This document shows, piece by piece, positions 41,206-44,029 of a stretch of DNA of 44,029 nucleotides. Position numbers and translations under genes: made by a program. This DNA comes from an uncultured Candidatus Saccharibacteria bacterium (GTDB lineage Bacteria; Patescibacteriota; Doudnabacteria; UBA920), in assembly GCA_964416765.1 (NCBI GenBank), contig CAYQEU010000002.1:144877-188905 (forward strand), in the 5' to 3' direction. The notes below the pieces were generated by a model. It did not search any database and had not been told where the DNA came from. It saw only the letters and a program-made list of their open reading frames with translations. The first letter of the stretch is position 1; every line of letters starts with the position of its first letter.

Positions 41206-44029
41206 ATGATAGGCAAGTTAATTAACCGAATATTTGCGTACAAAAAGTACGGAAGAACCGGAGTCCTAAACAGTGGACTGCTGGTTGTTTCGCTCTTTGT
41301 GTACGCAATGGTTTTTGCCGCGGTTTCGGTGTACGGCTTAGGCGCCAACACCGAATCAGCCCAGGCGTCGGTTACTAAGTTTATCCAGTTCCAGGGCAAG
41401 TTGACCAACAACAACGCTTCCGCCACCAACGTGGCAAATGGGACTTACGCTTTCGAATTCAAAATGTACACCGCGTCCAGCGGGGGAGTCGCGGTATGGA
41501 CCGAAACGTTTGACCAACCGAGTGGCGCTTGTGCCAAGTTGACCGTAACCAATGGCGTGTTTAACGCCAAGCTTGGAACATGTAACACTTCGCTGCCAGA
41601 CTTCACAGGTGGCAGTATGTACATTTCAGTTAACTTCAATCCTGGTGCCGGATACGACGGTGAAATGTCACCGCGCAAACAAATCGGCGCCTCAGTTTAC
41701 TCATTGGTTGCCAACGGTGTTTCCGGCGACGGCGCCGTAAACACAACCAACTCTTCCTCCACTGCCTTGACTGTGGCCAAGAGCGGCGTTAACTACGCTT
41801 TGCAGGTTGATACTTCGGCCGCTTCCGCCGCGACTGGCTTGAAGGTGACTTCCGCGGCTGCCGCATCTGGATTAGCATTATCCGTGATTTCTTCAGGGAC
41901 AAATGAAAACCTCACGATTGATGCTAAAGGGAGCGGGACTATTTCCATCGGTGGAACTTCCACAGGGAATACTTTATTCGGCGGTGGGTATGGTTCAACG
42001 GGTGTGTCTATTTCCAGTTCAGGAAACATACAAGCAAATGGAAATCTGACGGTAGATAACTCGGTAATTGTTCCAAACATGACCGGATTACTTTCAATTG
42101 GTAACTATGGCACCATCTCTGAAACTGGCGGTGGGTGGGCATACATCCAGGGTAATAATATAAAAGCGGATCCTAGTGTTAATAATAAACTATACAAGTC
42201 TGGTGCAGCTGGTGACCCGGCTCAGTACATAGCGATGCGTTACGATCGTGGATTGTACTTTGCCACTGGTATTGGAGGCGGCGACCCGGTTGGTACTCAG
42301 TATAATGACGATGTGAACGTGCGTTTGGCCTTGGGCTTATCAGGCAACGTTGGCATTGGCGGCACTATTACAAACTTTACTACTTTTGCCGGCGCAAGCT
42401 TAGTCATAAGCAGCGGTAACATCGGTATAGGTGACATTACCCCGGCCGCTCTCTTGACCGTAGGTAGTGGCGATCTTTTCCAAGTTAATTCCTCAGGTGC
42501 CATTGCCGCGGCTACCGGGATTACTTCTTCCGGAACCATTACCTTCTCCGGCCTGGGAGGTGGCGGAACCCAATGTGTAAATGTCAACAATACCGGTACA
42601 TTGGGAACAACTGGTTGCGGAGGGAGCGTGCGGTTAGATCAAATTACTGCCGCAACTGCGACAAATTCAATCAATAGTGCTGATTTTGCCCAGACTTGGG
42701 CATGGAATAGCCTTTCATCCAACAGTGCTTTGACTTTGTCTTCAAACTCCACGGCGGCCGCTTCAAACAGTCAAACTTTACTGAATGTATCTTTGTCAGG
42801 TGCTAATGGGACCAGTACTCAAACTACGTATGGGGCTCAATTTAGCAATACTCATACGGGAAGTTCGTCCACCAACATTGCTGCCTACTTTAATGCTTCA
42901 GGGGGAACCAACAACTACGCCGCAATATTTAACAGCGGCTATGTTGGTATTGGTACTGTCACCCCTACCAATGTAGTAGACCTGGTTGGCGGCAGCCTAC
43001 TATCGGGCCAGAATGCCCTTAATGTGACGGGTACTCTGAATTCCACCAATGCGGCGCAGACAGGGGTGAATGTAAATATTACTAGCGCTGGAAGCGGAGC
43101 CTCGGCCAACCAAACCGGGATTAACCTCAGTCTTGCCGCTGGATACACAGGTTCAGCTTTGACCGCCGGTGGCGCGTTCACCAACCTGATAGCAGGTACG
43201 GGGAATGATTTTACTGGCGCTTCGTATAATGCCGGACTGTTTGGCCAAGCCCGGGGAACGACAACTGGTGACAACGTTGGCTTACAAGGTATCGCCCGTG
43301 GTGGCGACTTAAACATTGGTGAAAACGGTAGAGCCACAATTGCAAAAAACGGGGCTACTAATATCGGTGTATTGGGACATGCCTTGAATACCGGAACAAC
43401 ACCGATTCAAATTGGTGGTTACTTTGGTTTGCAAAGCGGCAAGCCAACATTTGAATCCGGAGCTTTGATAGCTGATAATGGGTCAACCACAGATCCAATT
43501 TTCTTGCTGCGCGATAATGGCACTAAAGTTTTCAGTGTCATAGATGGCGGTAACGTCGGCATCGGTGATACCACTCCCGCAGCCCTTCTTACTGTAGGTA
43601 ACGGCGACCTATTCCAGGTAAACTCGTCTGGAGCCATTGCCGCTGCTACTGGTATTACCTCTTCAGGAACCATTAATTTCTCAACACTTTCTGCCTCAAG
43701 CGCTGTATACACAGATGGTTCCAAGAATCTGACTTCTACCGCCCCAACCTCCGGTACTATCGGCTATTGGTCCAGGACCGGTACTACCTTGAGCCCGGCT
43801 ACGGCAGGGGACAACGTCACTACCACGGGTAACATCTCCACCACTTCTTCAGGAACCATTACTTCGGCAGCTCTTCTTACCGCTTCCAATGGTTTAACTT
43901 TGACTACTGGTGCCCTTAACTTAACCGGAACATCAGGATCCATTGCCCTGACAGGATATGGAACCACATCTATTACTTCCACCACCACCACCAGCGACGC
44001 CAATATTTTGGCTGACTCTTCCTTTGCTC
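41206..44029 (+). CDS. giant Gly/Ser/Thr/Ala/Asn-rich surface protein (adhesin/tail-fibre-like), 3' truncated by the window, >941 aa; not in the ORF track
   Basis: Frame translated by hand and open from ATG 41206 to the edge; N-terminal hydrophobic segment; FIQFQGKLTN...GTYAFEFKMY...VWTET...NGVFN..LG...EMSPR domain; GNVGIG/GYVGIG repeats. Confidence 0.9.
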   Translation, partial: MIGKLINRIFAYKKYGRTGVLNSGLLVVSLFVYAMVFAAVSVYGLGANTESAQASVTKFIQFQGKLTNNNASATNVANGTYAFEFKMYTASSGGVAVWTETFDQPSGACAKLTVTNGVFNAKLGTCNTSLPDFTGGSMYISVNFNPGAGYDGEMSPRKQIGASVYSLVANGVSGDGAVNTTNSSSTALTVAKSGVNYALQVDTSAASAATGLKVTSAAAASGLALSVISSGTNENLTIDAKGSGTISIGGTSTGNTLFGGGYGSTGVSISSSGNIQANGNLTVDNSVIVPNMTGLLSIGNYGTISETGGGWAYIQGNNIKADPSVNNKLYKSGAAGDPAQYIAMRYDRGLYFATGIGGGDPVGTQYNDDVNVRLALGLSGNVGIGGTITNFTTFAGASLVISSGNIGIGDITPAALLTVGSGDLFQVNSSGAIAAATGITSSGTITFSGLGGGGTQCVNVNNTGTLGTTGCGGSVRLDQITAATATNSINSADFAQTWAWNSLSSNSALTLSSNSTAAASNSQTLLNVSLSGANGTSTQTTYGAQFSNTHTGSSSTNIAAYFNASGGTNNYAAIFNSGYVGIGTVTPTNVVDLVGGSLLSGQNALNVTGTLNSTNAAQTGVNVNITSAGSGASANQTGINLSLAAGYTGSALTAGGAFTNLIAGTGNDFTGASYNAGLFGQARGTTTGDNVGLQGIARGGDLNIGENGRATIAKNGATNIGVLGHALNTGTTPIQIGGYFGLQSGKPTFESGALIADNGSTTDPIFLLRDNGTKVFSVIDGGNVGIGDTTPAALLTVGNGDLFQVNSSGAIAAATGITSSGTINFSTLSASSAVYTDGSKNLTSTAPTSGTIGYWSRTGTTLSPATAGDNVTTTGNISTTSSGTITSAALLTASNGLTLTTGALNLTGTSGSIALTGYGTTSITSTTTTSDANILADSSFA
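42415..42546 (+). repeat. internal 44-codon repeat, copy 1, in the giant protein
   Basis: GNIGIGDITPAALLTVGSGDLFQVNSSGAIAAATGITSSGTITF; 40/44 aa identical to copy 2. Confidence 0.9.
43549..43680 (+). repeat. internal 44-codon repeat, copy 2, in the giant protein
   Basis: GNVGIGDTTPAALLTVGNGDLFQVNSSGAIAAATGITSSGTINF. Confidence 0.9.

Noticed and set aside
41139-44003. Several short ORFs, mostly on the minus strand, in the last 3 kb of the ORF track
   Set aside because: Shadows of the single long plus-strand ORF starting at 41206

Overview
This 44-kb window is chromosomal DNA, most likely from a Patescibacteria (CPR) bacterium. That assignment is an inference from the short TsaB and ValRS, SD-less core genes, a TM-anchored Clp ATPase and a giant GNVGIG-repeat surface protein. 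Bases 1-35 kb are mostly housekeeping: degenerate DHH protein, PilB/GspE ATPase, polA, rpsT, uvrB, ABC-2 exporter, tsaB, murE, membrane-anchored Clp-like ATPase, Atl, LOG-family protein, FemX-like transferase, ruvA, M23 peptidase, LCAT-like hydrolase, rpoB, rpoC, MFS, valS, tsaD and an orphan sensor-domain protein. Bases 35.3-44 kb are a cell-surface locus: two secreted WxL/pilin-like proteins, three membrane-anchored DUF916/DUF3324 (WxLIP)-like proteins, a small MerR/Xis-type HTH gene and a giant surface protein that runs off the window. There are three main non-obvious observations. (1) A complete T-box riboswitch upstream of valS has the actinobacterial ileS-type ultrashort Stem I but a Val (GUC) specifier. 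(2) A 70-bp TA-flanked element with perfect 20-bp inverted repeats sits in the -10 box of the ABC-transporter promoter. (3) The WxL-like/chaperone-like cluster is followed by an HTH, attenuator-like hairpin and giant adhesin module. I saw no tRNA, rRNA, CRISPR array or transposase. All calls are by eye and from recalled family motifs; no searches were run.
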